Part shown: piece by piece, positions 63,601-64,000 of the stretch | Layout of the letters: every line of letters starts with the position of its first letter | How positions within the stretch are numbered: position 1 is the stretch's first letter | Source: Hydrurus foetidus | Taxonomy: Eukaryota | Assembly (NCBI GenBank): GCA_900617105.1 | Contig: UYFQ01000759.1 | Coordinates: 1 to 64,000 of the forward strand | DNA: 64,000 nt | Reading direction: 5' to 3' | The notes under the pieces: model-generated | What the model was told of the DNA's origin: nothing | Database searches by the model: none | What the model saw: only the letters and a program-made list of their open reading frames with translations | Program-made: the position numbers and the translations under genes

Positions 63601-64000
63601 AATAAAGAAACTCTTCTACAATCTATATCGTTCAAACAAAATGCTACGCACTTGTGTAAATTATCGAAGCCCAGTTTCGCGTTGTCCTGATTGGCCTGCC
63701 AGTTACCTCTACTTCTGCTGTTCTTTTCATCCCTGCTTCTCTGTATCATTGACGCTAATTTTCCTTTGTCCTTGTAGTTGAAGTATAAAATACATTCTGC
63801 AATTCCACCATCCCTTCCCGCTCTCCCACTTTCTTGGTAAAAATTGGTCAAACTTTTGGGCACACTGTGATGTATCACATATCGCACGTCAGGTTTATTA
63901 ATACCCATACCAAATGCGATTGTCGCACATATAACTTTAATCGTTCCTTTACTCCAGTTTCTTTGTCTTTTTTCCTTTTCATCAGCAGCGACATCAGCGT
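60612..64000 (-). CDS. RecQ-family DNA helicase (BLM/Sgs1-like), 3' part: helicase C domain, RQC zinc site/winged helix and HRDC
   Basis: VICATIAFGMGINKPDVRYVIH, YQESGRAGRDG, CRRVSLLKYFGE...C...CDNC, and an HRDC-like exon PVTRTELANIDGMGE (61608-61817). The 5' end lies beyond the window. Confidence 0.93.

Overview
Eukaryotic nuclear DNA with many GT-AG introns, several filled with 4-5-nt microsatellites. The host is most likely a photosynthetic stramenopile (ochrophyte): one gene encodes a thylakoid-lumen pentapeptide protein with a signal peptide, a Phe-starting transit peptide and a lumenal AxA motif. About 13 host genes are recognisable: acyl-protein thioesterase, COA3-like, SYCP2/Red1/ASY3-like meiotic axis protein, secreted Kelch-like/EGF protein, GT31-like glycosyltransferase, coiled-coil protein, BolA, signal-peptide-bearing mitochondrial-carrier-family transporter, pentapeptide protein, two head-to-head GT14/DUF266-like paralogues, a degenerate intronless Upf1/Sen1-like helicase and a RecQ helicase. 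Highlights: (1) A complete, apparently very recent 6.77-kb tyrosine-recombinase retrotransposon (2557-9326) with identical split direct repeats (A1...B1-A2-spacer-B2). It has gag and pol in one frame separated by a single TAA, three tandem PP1-docking-like KRVRW motifs in pol, and a recombinase with KxxR in place of HxxR. It sits in the bidirectional promoter of a candidate meiotic gene. (2) A 1.96-kb palindrome carrying two outward-facing tRNA-Ala genes. (3) Two pre-miRNA-like hairpins, one intronic. (4) A probable intronised exon segment. (5) A MITE-like element. All calls were made by eye without database searches, and exon boundaries are approximate where stated.
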